64,000 nucleotides of DNA from an uncultured Candidatus Poseidoniales archaeon (GCA_905182125.1 CAJJAV010000008.1:3974-67973); one strand, 5' to 3'; positions 33,988 to 44,667 are shown, numbered from the stretch's first letter. Notes: generated by a model from the letters alone, not told the origin. Made by a program: numbers and translations.

Positions 33988-36480
33988 TCACTCGAGATGG
34001 TGCATTCGTGTGAGGATGTCGGTAAATTCAGAGAGCGCTTCAGGAATTGCAACACCGGTCACGGGTTGATTGAGCGAAATGCCTTGCTCTTTCTTGTGGC
34101 CCCATGTGTCGCCGTTGAAGGTTTGAATGGCTTGTGAAAGGGTTCGCAAAGCGTCGCCATGTTCGGTGCCGGGTGCAACCGAGGGGTAAGCGTGAGGTGG
34201 GAAGGTCTCAACATCGACGGCAGAAGCGGCGTAAATGGTTGAGGATACGTGGTGGGTGAAGAATGGGCAAACCGGTGTAAAGGCTGACATAAAATCACGA
34301 ACGATTCGATGGAGTGTCCATGCTGCTGCCACATCGTCATCATAGAGTCGAGACTTGACCATTTCCAAATAATGGCTTGGCAGGACGCCAGTTCCGAAGG
34401 TTTTCAGAGCCTGAGTAGCGGTGTATATGTCCAACTCAGACCATGCTTTTCTGACGGTGTCCATTGTTTCCTGGAATTCAGCGAGGATCCATTCATCCTC
34501 TATGGCCAAGTTCTCAGGTGGTGTCTCTAAGTCCGCTGGTACTTCAAATTGTGAGGCAAACCGAGCGACGTTGAACAGTTTGGTCAGGACGCCAAAGTAC
34601 TTCTTTTCGATTTCTTCGGGATTGATGTGGAAGTCGTCGCCGACTTGTGCATCGCATGCTTTCCATAGACGGAAGCACTCGCTCCCGATTTTGTTGGCTC
34701 GAAGGCTTACGGTCTTGTCCGGGCCTTTCACCTTCCATGATCCAGTGCGTCCACCGGCTCCACATTCGAGGACAGAATCAGCATCGATACCGTTGCCGAG
34801 TGATTTGCTCATCTTTCGACCCCACGGGTCCATGCCCAAACCATCGATCCAAACGTGTTTGAATCCAGGCTGATCGAGCAACAGGGTCGATTTGAGCAGG
34901 GTGTAGTACAACCATGTGCGTACAATCTCCTTTCCTTGTGGTCTTAGTGCTGTGGGGAAGGCATCTTTGAACACCTCAGGTTGGTTGAGGTAGCCGCTGA
35001 CAAAGAGGTTGGAGTTTGAGGAATCCATCCAGGTATCAAACACCTTTTCTTCACCAACAACCGTGCCGAGGATCGATTTCAGCTCTTCGAAGGATCCGAG
35101 TACCTTGCGGCTGTCTCGGTCGAGCACCTGGCTGCCTTCAGGCGGTGACTGGCACCACGGTTGGACGTAGGTTCCAGTCGGTGGAACAATGATTTTATCT
35201 TCGTCATCGCAATACCAGATTGGGATTTCTGTATGGTACCAACGTCGTCGTGAAATAGGCCAGTCGATGCTGATGTTGTCCATCCAATCCAGCAAGAATT
35301 GTTTGTTACGAACCGGGTGGAATTCGATCTCTTCAACGTGTTCACGGATTCGATCTTGTGTGTGCGTTTGCCGAACATACCACTCCTTGAGAAGGATGAT
35401 CTCCACAGGGTTCTTTCCTCGTTCGGAAACTGGAACCTCTTGTTCACGCTCGACAATACTGACAATGCGTCCTTCACTTTCCAGATGTTCGATGGCTGCA
35501 GCGCGAGCTTCAAGGACGGTTTGACCTGCAAATGGTCCTGCCAACTCTGTCATGCGCCCCTCTAAATTGATGGCTTGGAAGGGGGTGAGGCCGAGTTCAC
35601 GGAACACTGCCACATCGTTTTGGTCACCGAATGAACACACCATAAGCACACCAGAACCGAAGTCTGATTTGACGGAAGGATGTGTCATAATTTCGACGCT
35701 CGTCTCACGACCGTCGACCGGCATAGGGAGGTTGATTCGCTTTCCGACCAGGTGCGTGTATCGTTCATCATCAGGATGAACAACCACGACGCCACAGGCG
35801 CAAATCAATTCGGGCCTGGTTGTGGAAATGACGATTTTCGTACCGTCTTCGCAGTTCCACTCGACATCGACCAGCTTGGTTCGACGAGAGAGGCGCTCAA
35901 CTTCTGCGTCTGCGATGGTTGTGCCTTCAACAGGGTCGTAGATGTTCGGACGCAAATCTTCAATGATCGAGCCATTTTTGAACAACTCAATAAAAATAGA
36001 TTGGGTCACGGTCCGGTACTCTGGAGAGTCCGTGAGGTATTCACGGTCAAAGTCACACGAAAGGCCAACGCGTCGAGCGGTCTTACGCATTGCTTGAGTA
36101 AAGGTTTCAATTGTGGTTTTGCAGAGTTCTAAAAACTCTGCACGGTCGTATGTTTTCATTTTTCGCTTGGTGTTTTTCTCAACGGTGAATTCAATATTGA
36201 TTCCGTTTCGATCGACGCCCCATGGGAAATAGACTTCCTTACCGAGCAACCGTTGTGAACGAGCAATGACGTCAATCATTGAGTATTGGGCTACTGCGCC
36301 AATGTGCCATGTGCCTGACGGATACGGTGGTGGCGTATCGATGACGAACATCTCTTTTCCGCTATCGGGATTGAAAGCATACCTGCGGGCATAGACCTGC
36401 GGGTCTTCAGCATGTGCTTCTTGAATTTTCTTTTCGAGGTCAATCGACCAACGTTTTTCGTTTAATGTCGGGGCTGGCAT
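33988..36480 (-). CDS. valS: Valine--tRNA ligase (divergent signature motifs)
   Basis: Seen: DTPPPYPSGTWHIGAV (HIGH region), editing-domain TTRPELICACGVVVVHPDDERY, DWPISRRRWYHTEIPIWYC, FDTWMDSS, KMSKS. The ATG at 36480 is preferred. Confidence 0.85.
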   Translation of the reverse strand: MPAPTLNEKRWSIDLEKKIQEAHAEDPQVYARRYAFNPDSGKEMFVIDTPPPYPSGTWHIGAVAQYSMIDVIARSQRLLGKEVYFPWGVDRNGINIEFTVEKNTKRKMKTYDRAEFLELCKTTIETFTQAMRKTARRVGLSCDFDREYLTDSPEYRTVTQSIFIELFKNGSIIEDLRPNIYDPVEGTTIADAEVERLSRRTKLVDVEWNCEDGTKIVISTTRPELICACGVVVVHPDDERYTHLVGKRINLPMPVDGRETSVEIMTHPSVKSDFGSGVLMVCSFGDQNDVAVFRELGLTPFQAINLEGRMTELAGPFAGQTVLEARAAAIEHLESEGRIVSIVEREQEVPVSERGKNPVEIILLKEWYVRQTHTQDRIREHVEEIEFHPVRNKQFLLDWMDNISIDWPISRRRWYHTEIPIWYCDDEDKIIVPPTGTYVQPWCQSPPEGSQVLDRDSRKVLGSFEELKSILGTVVGEEKVFDTWMDSSNSNLFVSGYLNQPEVFKDAFPTALRPQGKEIVRTWLYYTLLKSTLLLDQPGFKHVWIDGLGMDPWGRKMSKSLGNGIDADSVLECGAGGRTGSWKVKGPDKTVSLRANKIGSECFRLWKACDAQVGDDFHINPEEIEKKYFGVLTKLFNVARFASQFEVPADLETPPENLAIEDEWILAEFQETMDTVRKAWSELDIYTATQALKTFGTGVLPSHYLEMVKSRLYDDDVAAAWTLHRIVRDFMSAFTPVCPFFTHHVSSTIYAASAVDVETFPPHAYPSVAPGTEHGDALRTLSQAIQTFNGDTWGHKKEQGISLNQPVTGVAIPEALSEFTDILTRMHHLE

Positions 36481-36666
36481 GTGCCTCACCTGGCCCCTCA
36501 CGCATCAATGGTGCGGGTCCATTTGACGCTGACAGGGTTCACCTTTCAAACCAACGGCTTGGACTCGAAGCCTCAACCCAGTCCTAACAGATTTGAAACA
36601 TATCATGCAAACCGTAGGTAGGGCTTTCAAGGGGTTCGACATCCAGAGAATCGAAGGGGGGTTCAC

Positions 36667-39600
36667 ATGGTCGAGAAAGATGCGTCAAAAACCCCTGAAA
36701 AGCCTCAAGAGCGTTTGTCTGACCGGATTGGCAACCTTGCCGATTACAGCCGTTCTCGCCTCCAGAGCAGCGCCATTGATCTCACTGCTCGGGTCAAAGA
36801 ATTCAAGCCCAAAGAAGCACTTGACGCTGTGCTTGAAGCACCTGACCGCTTCAAGAGAGAATGGCAAAAAAATGGTGCTACCGGTGCCATCACCCGTTTC
36901 CCATTAGCGACCATCATCATTTTCTTGATGCTGACAGCGTTTTTCATGACGCAGTCCGGGTTCCTTGACAACACCCGTTTCGATGACGACCTGGAGAATC
37001 CTGCTTTGAACGTCAACGGAGATTTAGAGGTTTATTTGCCAGATGGATCGAAAATTGCCGCCTTGCTCGGGAAAGTGGAAGAGGATTGGACGACCAATGT
37101 GATGGTCATCTACATCGAGAGTGAGAGCCGTAACATCACCGACCAGCGTGTGCTTCAAGAGATCAGTTTCGTCGAAAAAGATCTCAACCCCGAATTGTCG
37201 GATCCAAGCGATGACGTGATTTACATTCTTTCGATTTCCACGGTCTTGAAGGAAGTCAATTCGAGCGCTCCTCGAGTCAGAAAAGCATTCGTTGACCAAG
37301 TGGGTCAACTTGGGTGTGGTGTGCAGCAAGAGGATTGCACATCAGCAGCCTTCACCGATGCTTTGAACAGCATTTTAGATGACACTACTTCTGAGTTTGA
37401 AGGCGGATATGAAATCCCATCTCAAACAACCATCGATCTTGTCATTGGCGAGATGTATGAAGACGATGGGACCCCCACGCCAGGTCTCGATAAACTCGCT
37501 CGTGACATCACCGACGGTGCGGAAGGGGAAGCAGATGGAACCCTGGACCGGGCCATCATGGCCATAGCCGTGACCGAAGATAAACCGGCAAAAGAAATCA
37601 TCGAGAACACACAAAGTCGCCTCGATCTTATCAGCCAACTTGAACGTCCATGTGAGTTCAATGCAGATGGTACTGCAGCGGGAACAGAACGTTGCACATG
37701 GGAGGACCTTGGCCTGACCATGACCCTGACCGGACCAGTCCCTATTACCAACTCTGTGACTGAATTTTCCTTCAAACTCTTCTGGCAAATTTTCCCCTCT
37801 GCGATCATCCTTGTGGCCATGGGCCTGTTTGTCTTCCACTCTGATATTCTCCAAGCAGGGTTGACAGGGATTCGCCCCATTCAAGGAATAAAGGTCGTCA
37901 TTATTTCCGGTCTACCGACTTTATGCGCCGTCTTTTGGACCCTCGGAATCATTGGGTGGACCAACTATGAAGTTACGATGACGGTGATTATTGTCGGGCC
38001 GATTTTATTGGCGCTCGGTGTCTCGTATGGTCTGCACATCACCAACAGATACGCCGAAGAAGACGGTACGAAATCTGAAAAGATGAAAGCTTCCCTCAAT
38101 TCAACAGGAAAAGCAGTGTTCCTTTCTGCGGTGACCACCGTGATTGGTTTCATCTCGCTGGTGTTCACGCCAATGGCCCCTATTCAGACGGTTGGTATCG
38201 CTCTTTCAGGCGGAATCGTTGTCGTTTACATCTTGACGATGTTCATGGTTCCAAACCTTACACTCCTTTTGGATTTACGTAAGCCAAAACACCCCCCGCT
38301 CCGTGCTTTCGAGATTCTGGTCGAAGTCCCCATGAAGCGCAATGTTGGTGTGATCACTGTCTTCGTCCTCTTGATTCTCTTTTCAGCAACCATCGGTCAA
38401 GCCAACGTCGAGGAGAACATTGACTTGCTCGGAATGGCACCTGAGGGTGAACTTCCTGTGATCAAAATGAAACAGTACAGTTCGGAATTTAGTTCGGGTC
38501 AAATTGGAATGGTTCTGGTTGAAGCAAACATCACCGGCGACACACAAGACAGTGATTCAACAAACGATGATCCAGCAGGAAACTTACAGGCCATCGACGA
38601 ACTGGAAGGGCTTCTCAACACTGTTGACAACACAACAGCCGTGTCCATTGTCTTCTTGATGAAATCAACGGGTATTGCAGTGACTGTGGAAGACTTCGGC
38701 CTCAATGAAATCATTCAAGCGAATCCTCTGATTCCAGAAGACATCAGGCAAACGGCAGCGGTCCTGTTGGATAATTCAGTGACGCAAGACGCATCCTTCT
38801 GGGACTTGCTCATGGCACCCGATGATTTTGGCCTCCCAGGCGGTTCTCAGAGTGAAATTTTCCTTCTCAACGTATTCTATGCCTCCATCACCGATGAAAC
38901 CCGTGAAATTTTCATCAACAAAGATTTCAGTCGTAACTTGATTTATGTCGATATGCCATACCTTCCTGTTGCTGCAACCAGTAAAATGGTGATTGCAGTG
39001 AATGACTACACACGGGAGTTCGAAGGAACCTCGATCGGTGATGAGGCCAATGACCTCGCCGGTGTTGCTTCCACCGCCATTGAGGTCAACGAATTGATTG
39101 TCGGTTCGCAATGGACTTCGCTTGGGTTCGCTATTGTCCTGACCCTGATCACTCTCGCCGTTGTGTTCAAGGATGTGCAATATTCACTCTGGACAACTTC
39201 ACCTGTGATTGCCACCGTTGCTATGCAATGGCTTGTGATGTGGCAAATGGATGTTCCGTTATCCTTGGTGACAGTGATGATTGGGTCAATCTTAGTTGGT
39301 GTTGGCGTCGACTTTTCGATTCACATATCCAACCGTATACGCGAATTGGGTGGGGGCATTGATGCCATTCGTAGCGCTGCAATTGGAACGGGTATGTCTC
39401 TGTTCGAAGCGGCTGTTGTGACCACGCTTGGTATGCTCACAGCCTATCAAATCCCGATCCCTGAAATCAAACCATTCGTGACTGTCATTCTCATCCTCCT
39501 TTGGGTTGCTGCTGCAAGTGCTCTCTTCCTTTTACCTGCAATTTTCGTAACCCTCGAAAACATGGGCTTAGGCGCCGTAAGTGGGCGTACAGCAATGGCC

Positions 39601-39687
39601 AAACGGCTCGGTCTTGGAAACACCAAAAGCATGGACGTCGATGTCCTTGATGCAGCATTAGTGGATGATGTTGTCGATGCTTGGTAA
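36667..39687 (+). CDS. RND-superfamily exporter (MMPL/COG1033-like, two 6-TM bundles)
   Basis: Seen: two homologous TM blocks (…VIIVGPILLALGVSYGLHITNRY… and …VMIGSILVGVGVDFSIHISNRI…), each preceded by a large extracytoplasmic domain. Confidence 0.85.
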   Translation: MVEKDASKTPEKPQERLSDRIGNLADYSRSRLQSSAIDLTARVKEFKPKEALDAVLEAPDRFKREWQKNGATGAITRFPLATIIIFLMLTAFFMTQSGFLDNTRFDDDLENPALNVNGDLEVYLPDGSKIAALLGKVEEDWTTNVMVIYIESESRNITDQRVLQEISFVEKDLNPELSDPSDDVIYILSISTVLKEVNSSAPRVRKAFVDQVGQLGCGVQQEDCTSAAFTDALNSILDDTTSEFEGGYEIPSQTTIDLVIGEMYEDDGTPTPGLDKLARDITDGAEGEADGTLDRAIMAIAVTEDKPAKEIIENTQSRLDLISQLERPCEFNADGTAAGTERCTWEDLGLTMTLTGPVPITNSVTEFSFKLFWQIFPSAIILVAMGLFVFHSDILQAGLTGIRPIQGIKVVIISGLPTLCAVFWTLGIIGWTNYEVTMTVIIVGPILLALGVSYGLHITNRYAEEDGTKSEKMKASLNSTGKAVFLSAVTTVIGFISLVFTPMAPIQTVGIALSGGIVVVYILTMFMVPNLTLLLDLRKPKHPPLRAFEILVEVPMKRNVGVITVFVLLILFSATIGQANVEENIDLLGMAPEGELPVIKMKQYSSEFSSGQIGMVLVEANITGDTQDSDSTNDDPAGNLQAIDELEGLLNTVDNTTAVSIVFLMKSTGIAVTVEDFGLNEIIQANPLIPEDIRQTAAVLLDNSVTQDASFWDLLMAPDDFGLPGGSQSEIFLLNVFYASITDETREIFINKDFSRNLIYVDMPYLPVAATSKMVIAVNDYTREFEGTSIGDEANDLAGVASTAIEVNELIVGSQWTSLGFAIVLTLITLAVVFKDVQYSLWTTSPVIATVAMQWLVMWQMDVPLSLVTVMIGSILVGVGVDFSIHISNRIRELGGGIDAIRSAAIGTGMSLFEAAVVTTLGMLTAYQIPIPEIKPFVTVILILLWVAAASALFLLPAIFVTLENMGLGAVSGRTAMAKRLGLGNTKSMDVDVLDAALVDDVVDAW

Positions 39688-39724
39688 GCAACACATCAAA
39701 AAAGCCCTTCGTTCTGCCTTCACC

Positions 39725-40201
39725 ATGGTGAATCATTGGCTGATGAAGTCGGAACCTGATGTCTACCCCTATGAGCAACTCGTGAGGGATGGGTCGACCC
39801 ATTGGGACGGTGTGAGGAATTATCAAGCTCGCAACATGATGCGGGATGACATGAAAATAGGCGACTTGGTTCTCTTTTACCATTCCAATTTCAAACCACC
39901 ACATATTGCAGGTGTGGCACGTGTATCGAAGGAAGGTTATCCCGATCACACTTCATGGGATGCCAGCAGCAAATACCACGATCCAAAATCCACGCCAGAC
40001 CAACCACGATGGTTCATGGTCGACTTGGAACCGGTGTGTGCCCTTGGAAACATTGTCCCTCTCCAATCGGTTCGTGACAACCCCGCATGCGAAAACATGT
40101 TGTTGATCAGGCGAGGTCAACGACTTTCGATTCAACCCGTCGACTCAGTGGATTTTGATACAATTCTCACCATGGGTGGGCGCTCTCGGAGCAATCTTTG
40201 A
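39725..40201 (+). CDS. EVE (PUA-like) domain protein
   Basis: Seen: WLMKSEPDVYPYEQL...HWDGVRNYQARNMMRDDMKIGDLVLFYHSN...IAGVARVSKEGYPD. Confidence 0.8.
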   Translation: MVNHWLMKSEPDVYPYEQLVRDGSTHWDGVRNYQARNMMRDDMKIGDLVLFYHSNFKPPHIAGVARVSKEGYPDHTSWDASSKYHDPKSTPDQPRWFMVDLEPVCALGNIVPLQSVRDNPACENMLLIRRGQRLSIQPVDSVDFDTILTMGGRSRSNL

Positions 40202-40246
40202 CTCAACCTTGATGAAGGGCGTCATGGACGAAGGAATGGTGAGGCA

Positions 40247-41458
40247 ATGACGGGTGAACAAATTCCAGTTGCGCCACGTGCTTCCAACATCGAGTACGCA
40301 ATACGAGATGTTGTGGTTCCTGCTACCAAACTCGAATCAGAGGGTCACACTATTCTCAAACTCAACATTGGCGACCCAATTGCATACCCTGGTTTGCCAA
40401 CCCCCGAGCACATGGTCGAAGCCTATGTTCAAGCCTTGAGGGATGGAAACAACGGATATTCACCATCGTATGGGATCCCATCGTTGCGGTCAGCACTTGC
40501 TCGGGACGAACAACGGAAGGGATGGGCCGCAACTGCAGAGGACATCTATGTGTGTCACGGCGTGACCGAAGCCTTGCAAATCCTTTTTGCAGCGGTCCTG
40601 TGTGATGGCGACAAAGTGCTTGCTCCAGGCCCTCATTATCCTCCTTACATGGCGTATCCACAAATGTACGGGGCGACCACTGTCGAATACAGACTCAAAC
40701 CTGATGATGGGTGGAAGTTGGACCTCGAAGATATCAAATCCAAGATGGATGATTCAGTCCGCCTGCTGGTTTTGATCAATCCAAACAATCCTTGTGGTAG
40801 CGTGGCCAATGAATCTGAGATCAAAGCTTTGCTTGAGATCGCACGCAACTATCCAAAATGCATGATTGTCGCCGATGAAATATACGATGGTTTGGATTTC
40901 ACTGGCGAGCATGTCAGCGTTGCCAGTTGTTCCAATGATGTACCAGTGGTTTCTTTGAATGGTGTTTCCAAAGTCTACTATGCTCCAGGTTGGAGGATTG
41001 GGTACATGGCCTTGCACGACCCATCAGGTTGCCTCCATTTGGTTCGTGACGGTATTGAGCGGATGCTTCGCGCCCGACTCTGTGCCTCGACTCCGGCTCA
41101 ACTTGGCTACCTCGCAGGCCTCGAGTCTGACCGTTCTTGGATGAAAGACTACGCCTCTAAGGTAGTGCAACAACGCGACGTCTGCATCGACCGAATTCGA
41201 TCGATCGAAGGGCTCGAAGTTCAATCCTCTGGTGGGGCATTTTACATGTTTGTCAAACTCACGGACCCAAAATGGGCAAATGATGACAAACAATTTGTCC
41301 TCGATTTACTGCATGAAGAGCATGTTCTCGTTGTGCATGGCAGCGGTTTTTCCCCGGAATTGGGTAAAGGCCACTTCCGGATTGTTTGCTTGCCAGAACC
41401 CGATGTTCTGAACGATGCCTTCGACCGTATCGAACGGTTTTTGATTCGCCATCGATGA
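40247..41458 (+). CDS. Alanine aminotransferase (class I PLP aminotransferase, Pyrococcus AlaAT-like)
   Basis: Seen: SNIEYAIRDVVVPATKLE..LKLNIGDP, NPNNPCG, and PLP-Lys SLNGVSKVYYAPGWRIGY. Confidence 0.85.
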   Translation: MTGEQIPVAPRASNIEYAIRDVVVPATKLESEGHTILKLNIGDPIAYPGLPTPEHMVEAYVQALRDGNNGYSPSYGIPSLRSALARDEQRKGWAATAEDIYVCHGVTEALQILFAAVLCDGDKVLAPGPHYPPYMAYPQMYGATTVEYRLKPDDGWKLDLEDIKSKMDDSVRLLVLINPNNPCGSVANESEIKALLEIARNYPKCMIVADEIYDGLDFTGEHVSVASCSNDVPVVSLNGVSKVYYAPGWRIGYMALHDPSGCLHLVRDGIERMLRARLCASTPAQLGYLAGLESDRSWMKDYASKVVQQRDVCIDRIRSIEGLEVQSSGGAFYMFVKLTDPKWANDDKQFVLDLLHEEHVLVVHGSGFSPELGKGHFRIVCLPEPDVLNDAFDRIERFLIRHR

Positions 41459-41507
41459 CACCCATGTCGCCGATGTATTGATGTCCATGAGTCATGCCGG
41501 TTGACAT

Positions 41508-44129
41508 ATGCTTGGGCATGTTCGAAGATTCCGCCTCGCCCTTTTGGCTTGTGCTTTCGCCATCCTAGCGCTTCCACAAGCCTCTGCATCAGAAATTGCT
41601 GACGTTGCGGATTTTAAGTTGGCCTTTCTTTATCCAGTGATCGTAGCATTTGCCATTGCTATACCCGTTTGGCGATGGTTCATCCCGAACCAATTGGCAA
41701 ACCTACAAGTCGCTTTTGAGATCGACGACAACCTGTATGAAGTCCACCGCATTACTCGCGGTGTTGACGAAGCACGAGCCTTGCTCAAAGAAGGTGGGAC
41801 TGCCTATGGAATCGGGCTTTACGTCATGGGTATGACTGGTGTTTTACTCCTGATCACAGAATTGCTGTTTGACCCCAATGTTTACTTCTTACCAGATTTG
41901 TTTTTGGTGGCAGTTTTAGTTGGAATCCCTGTCTTTATTTCACCTTGGGAAACTCTCAATGCTCAACTGATTGGGACCCGAAAGGGAAGTGGAAAAGGAA
42001 AATCATATGTGAAGTTCGTACGCCGATTGACAACCCTTCTCATCCTCCTTGGCGTGACATCTGCGGTGGTGATTTATGGCAGCACTCAATCCACTGGACT
42101 GGCATTTATTCAACCCATCTGGGTTGCAGCGGCCATGCTGACATTCATGGCGCCGACTATTTTTGCTTACGGGCGAATCATGGGTGCTTCATGGAACATG
42201 ATTCTCATCAACAAATGGCGCACAGCAAACGGAAGGTCGAACCCGATTGATCCGGATAAACCAGGAATTATCAACAGATTTTTCTCTTTGATTTTGGTTT
42301 TGTTTTTGCTCACCATGCCCCTTACTGCCCTCAACGGAGTCATCACTGTTTACCACATTATGTTCAACGATGTCCCTGAAGAGAAAGCCTTCCTGATCCT
42401 CAATTACGGTGGTGTGCTTGGGTACATGGTGTTTGAACGTGTCGACCTCATCGCTCAAATTCTGTTTGAATGGCAATTCATCAAAGAACTCCCACAGTTT
42501 TTGTCGTTGTACCTTTCGCTGAACATAGCCATCGTTGGTCTTGCGTTTATTTTTGAACTGACTCGAAACTTGGTTTTGGGTGGACAGTCCTTTGGCGGAT
42601 TGTTTGGGGTGACCCTTGATACGCCGAGGGAAATACGAACCGAAGTCGAAGCACAATCGCGACAATTGACCTTTGCGTTTGCAGGCTTTTCGGGGTATAC
42701 AGTTCTGTTATTGATTTTGGTATGCTACAAAGAATTTGGATCATTGATGCCCTTAACTGATGTTTTGGAAGCAGATAGGTTCGGATTTGATGAACGTGCT
42801 CGACTCGAAACAACCTGGATGTTCATCGCTCTCGGCCAGGCTGTTTTCTTGTTCACTTGGGCTCTTTCCATAATGCGATTCCGTTCCCTCAAAGCGCTCA
42901 AGTTCGATTTAAATCCGGATGAACGGCGTGAAGGTGCTGTTAAATTTGCACAAGGTGATTGGATGCGATCCTTGGTTGATGAGGCGGCGATCGCAGAAGA
43001 CCTCAACACCCTCATACAATTTCAGCGACGTTCGATTAAAGGCGATCCAGCTCTTATCAGGCACGAAAAAGCTCGAGCCCATATGTGGGAGATGTCCCTT
43101 CGAGGCCTCTGGCCACAAGCGATTGAAGAAGCAAGAAAAGTGCTCGCACAAGCAGGCGGGGATGACGATGTTTGCCGTATGATCATCGCCACTGGACATA
43201 TGGCATCTCGACGTTTAGATGCCGCACGTGAGGCACTGCATGGATTGCAACAACCTGAAGGGTACGATGAGCCAGAACTTTTGGCCTTCGTTTGTGAATG
43301 GTTGGACCCATGGCAAGGCAGCGTTGAGGAAGACGATTTCTGGGATTGGGAAAACAACTCTTGCATCGATCATCTCCAAACCTTGATGCGAATGTTACGA
43401 GGTTGGCAACCTTCGCCATCAGAACAATCGATTCACGATGACCGACTCACACGAGTTGCTCAACTTTCAATGGTCAGCCTCATGAGGGCACAACGCCGCC
43501 ATGATGAAGCACTTGATCTCGCCTTGCAAATCGTTCGTTCAGATCCTCTTGGTTCCCGTCCACGCATTGCTGTTGCTTTGTGCTTGATTGACAAGGGCGA
43601 TTGGCACAGCGCTCGCTCGATTCTCGCAGAACTCAAAGAGAGCGATGGTCAAGACCCAAGGGTTCTCGCTCTTGCTGCAATCCTCGGACAAACCGTGGAT
43701 GAACAGGAAATGGAAGTCGCTCTTGCCGTCGGGAAAGGAAAACACATCCGTCACTGGATCAATGATGCACCAGTCAACGCCGTTGCCGGCCTTGTCGTTC
43801 GTGGTGGCATGGATGAAGCCATGAGTGCAAACGTTCTGGTTGCGGCTCATGAAGCCACCCGCAGAGGCATGCCTCCGCAATTCACATTCAGCTGGCTGAC
43901 CATTCTTTACCATCTGCTGGTGTTGGTCCCGGTGTGGTTCGTTGTTTCCATTTATGTCTACGGCCAAGAAGGTCAAATGGCAGGTATCTTGGTGCTCGCT
44001 ACCTTGCTCACATTGCACCTCGCTTCCCGTCGTCTTTTCCAAACAGCAACGGCGTGTCATCCGTCACAGAGATCAAAAGGCGATGGTTTCTTATGCCAAA
44101 CGAATGAAACGCTTCAAAGTAAATCCTGA
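41508..44129 (+). CDS. Large polytopic membrane protein with a cytoplasmic helical-repeat (TPR-like) region, unknown function
   Basis: Seen: signal-like N-terminus, about 10 or more hydrophobic helices, an alpha-helical repeat segment of about 300 aa, then 2 terminal TM helices. No family recognised. Confidence 0.65.
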   Translation: MLGHVRRFRLALLACAFAILALPQASASEIADVADFKLAFLYPVIVAFAIAIPVWRWFIPNQLANLQVAFEIDDNLYEVHRITRGVDEARALLKEGGTAYGIGLYVMGMTGVLLLITELLFDPNVYFLPDLFLVAVLVGIPVFISPWETLNAQLIGTRKGSGKGKSYVKFVRRLTTLLILLGVTSAVVIYGSTQSTGLAFIQPIWVAAAMLTFMAPTIFAYGRIMGASWNMILINKWRTANGRSNPIDPDKPGIINRFFSLILVLFLLTMPLTALNGVITVYHIMFNDVPEEKAFLILNYGGVLGYMVFERVDLIAQILFEWQFIKELPQFLSLYLSLNIAIVGLAFIFELTRNLVLGGQSFGGLFGVTLDTPREIRTEVEAQSRQLTFAFAGFSGYTVLLLILVCYKEFGSLMPLTDVLEADRFGFDERARLETTWMFIALGQAVFLFTWALSIMRFRSLKALKFDLNPDERREGAVKFAQGDWMRSLVDEAAIAEDLNTLIQFQRRSIKGDPALIRHEKARAHMWEMSLRGLWPQAIEEARKVLAQAGGDDDVCRMIIATGHMASRRLDAAREALHGLQQPEGYDEPELLAFVCEWLDPWQGSVEEDDFWDWENNSCIDHLQTLMRMLRGWQPSPSEQSIHDDRLTRVAQLSMVSLMRAQRRHDEALDLALQIVRSDPLGSRPRIAVALCLIDKGDWHSARSILAELKESDGQDPRVLALAAILGQTVDEQEMEVALAVGKGKHIRHWINDAPVNAVAGLVVRGGMDEAMSANVLVAAHEATRRGMPPQFTFSWLTILYHLLVLVPVWFVVSIYVYGQEGQMAGILVLATLLTLHLASRRLFQTATACHPSQRSKGDGFLCQTNETLQSKS

Positions 44130-44667
44130 ACGCGGAAACATCCCAGTTGGCACCCATCTTTTGTTGTCTGGTATGCTTGTTACAGTGAATGGAGTTGTGC
44201 TCGACCTAGGTTTGCCCGGTTGGATGACTGTGAGGTTGCCAAAGGATACCGACAAAGCAGTTAAGGCCAGACTTAGGCGTCAATCCAAAGCCATTTCCAA
44301 AGCCAGACCCCCCCGTCTTCAGCCCCTTGGCGAAGGTTGGTGGCTAAAGCGGCCGAAGGAAGACGGAGCGAATGTTCCTGCTCTTGAACGCTTGATTGGA
44401 CCATCGGCTTACCGAGGGCGTCAACAAAACATCCTCAAAAAGCAGAATGCAGGACGGTCGAAATCCGCAGCTAAATCTGCTTCTGGTAAACGCTCTGTTA
44501 CCGATATGAACCTCGGGAACCGAGGCATACCGACCAATACGCGTGTCTCGGAACGGGTGCAAAACCGCAAACCGAAATCCAATGTATCCATCGGCTCGAA
44601 ACAAACAGGACCGAATGTGCGCCCGCCACCTCGAAAAAACGATGATGATACCATCGATTTCAGCTGA
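44083..44667 (+). CDS. Highly basic hypothetical protein (small N-terminal domain plus Lys/Arg-rich tail)
   Basis: Seen: the ATG at 44083 overlaps the upstream gene end by 47 nt in the +1 frame (the track ORF begins at 43942). The tail is rich in K/R/S/N. No family recognised. Confidence 0.45.
   Translation: MVSYAKRMKRFKVNPERGNIPVGTHLLLSGMLVTVNGVVLDLGLPGWMTVRLPKDTDKAVKARLRRQSKAISKARPPRLQPLGEGWWLKRPKEDGANVPALERLIGPSAYRGRQQNILKKQNAGRSKSAAKSASGKRSVTDMNLGNRGIPTNTRVSERVQNRKPKSNVSIGSKQTGPNVRPPPRKNDDDTIDFS

Noticed and set aside
36593-36907. 104-aa ORF overlapping the start of the RND/MMPL gene
   Set aside because: It is out of frame with the 1006-aa gene, which has a G-rich RBS before the ATG at 36667. 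The alternative product is basic and low-complexity.
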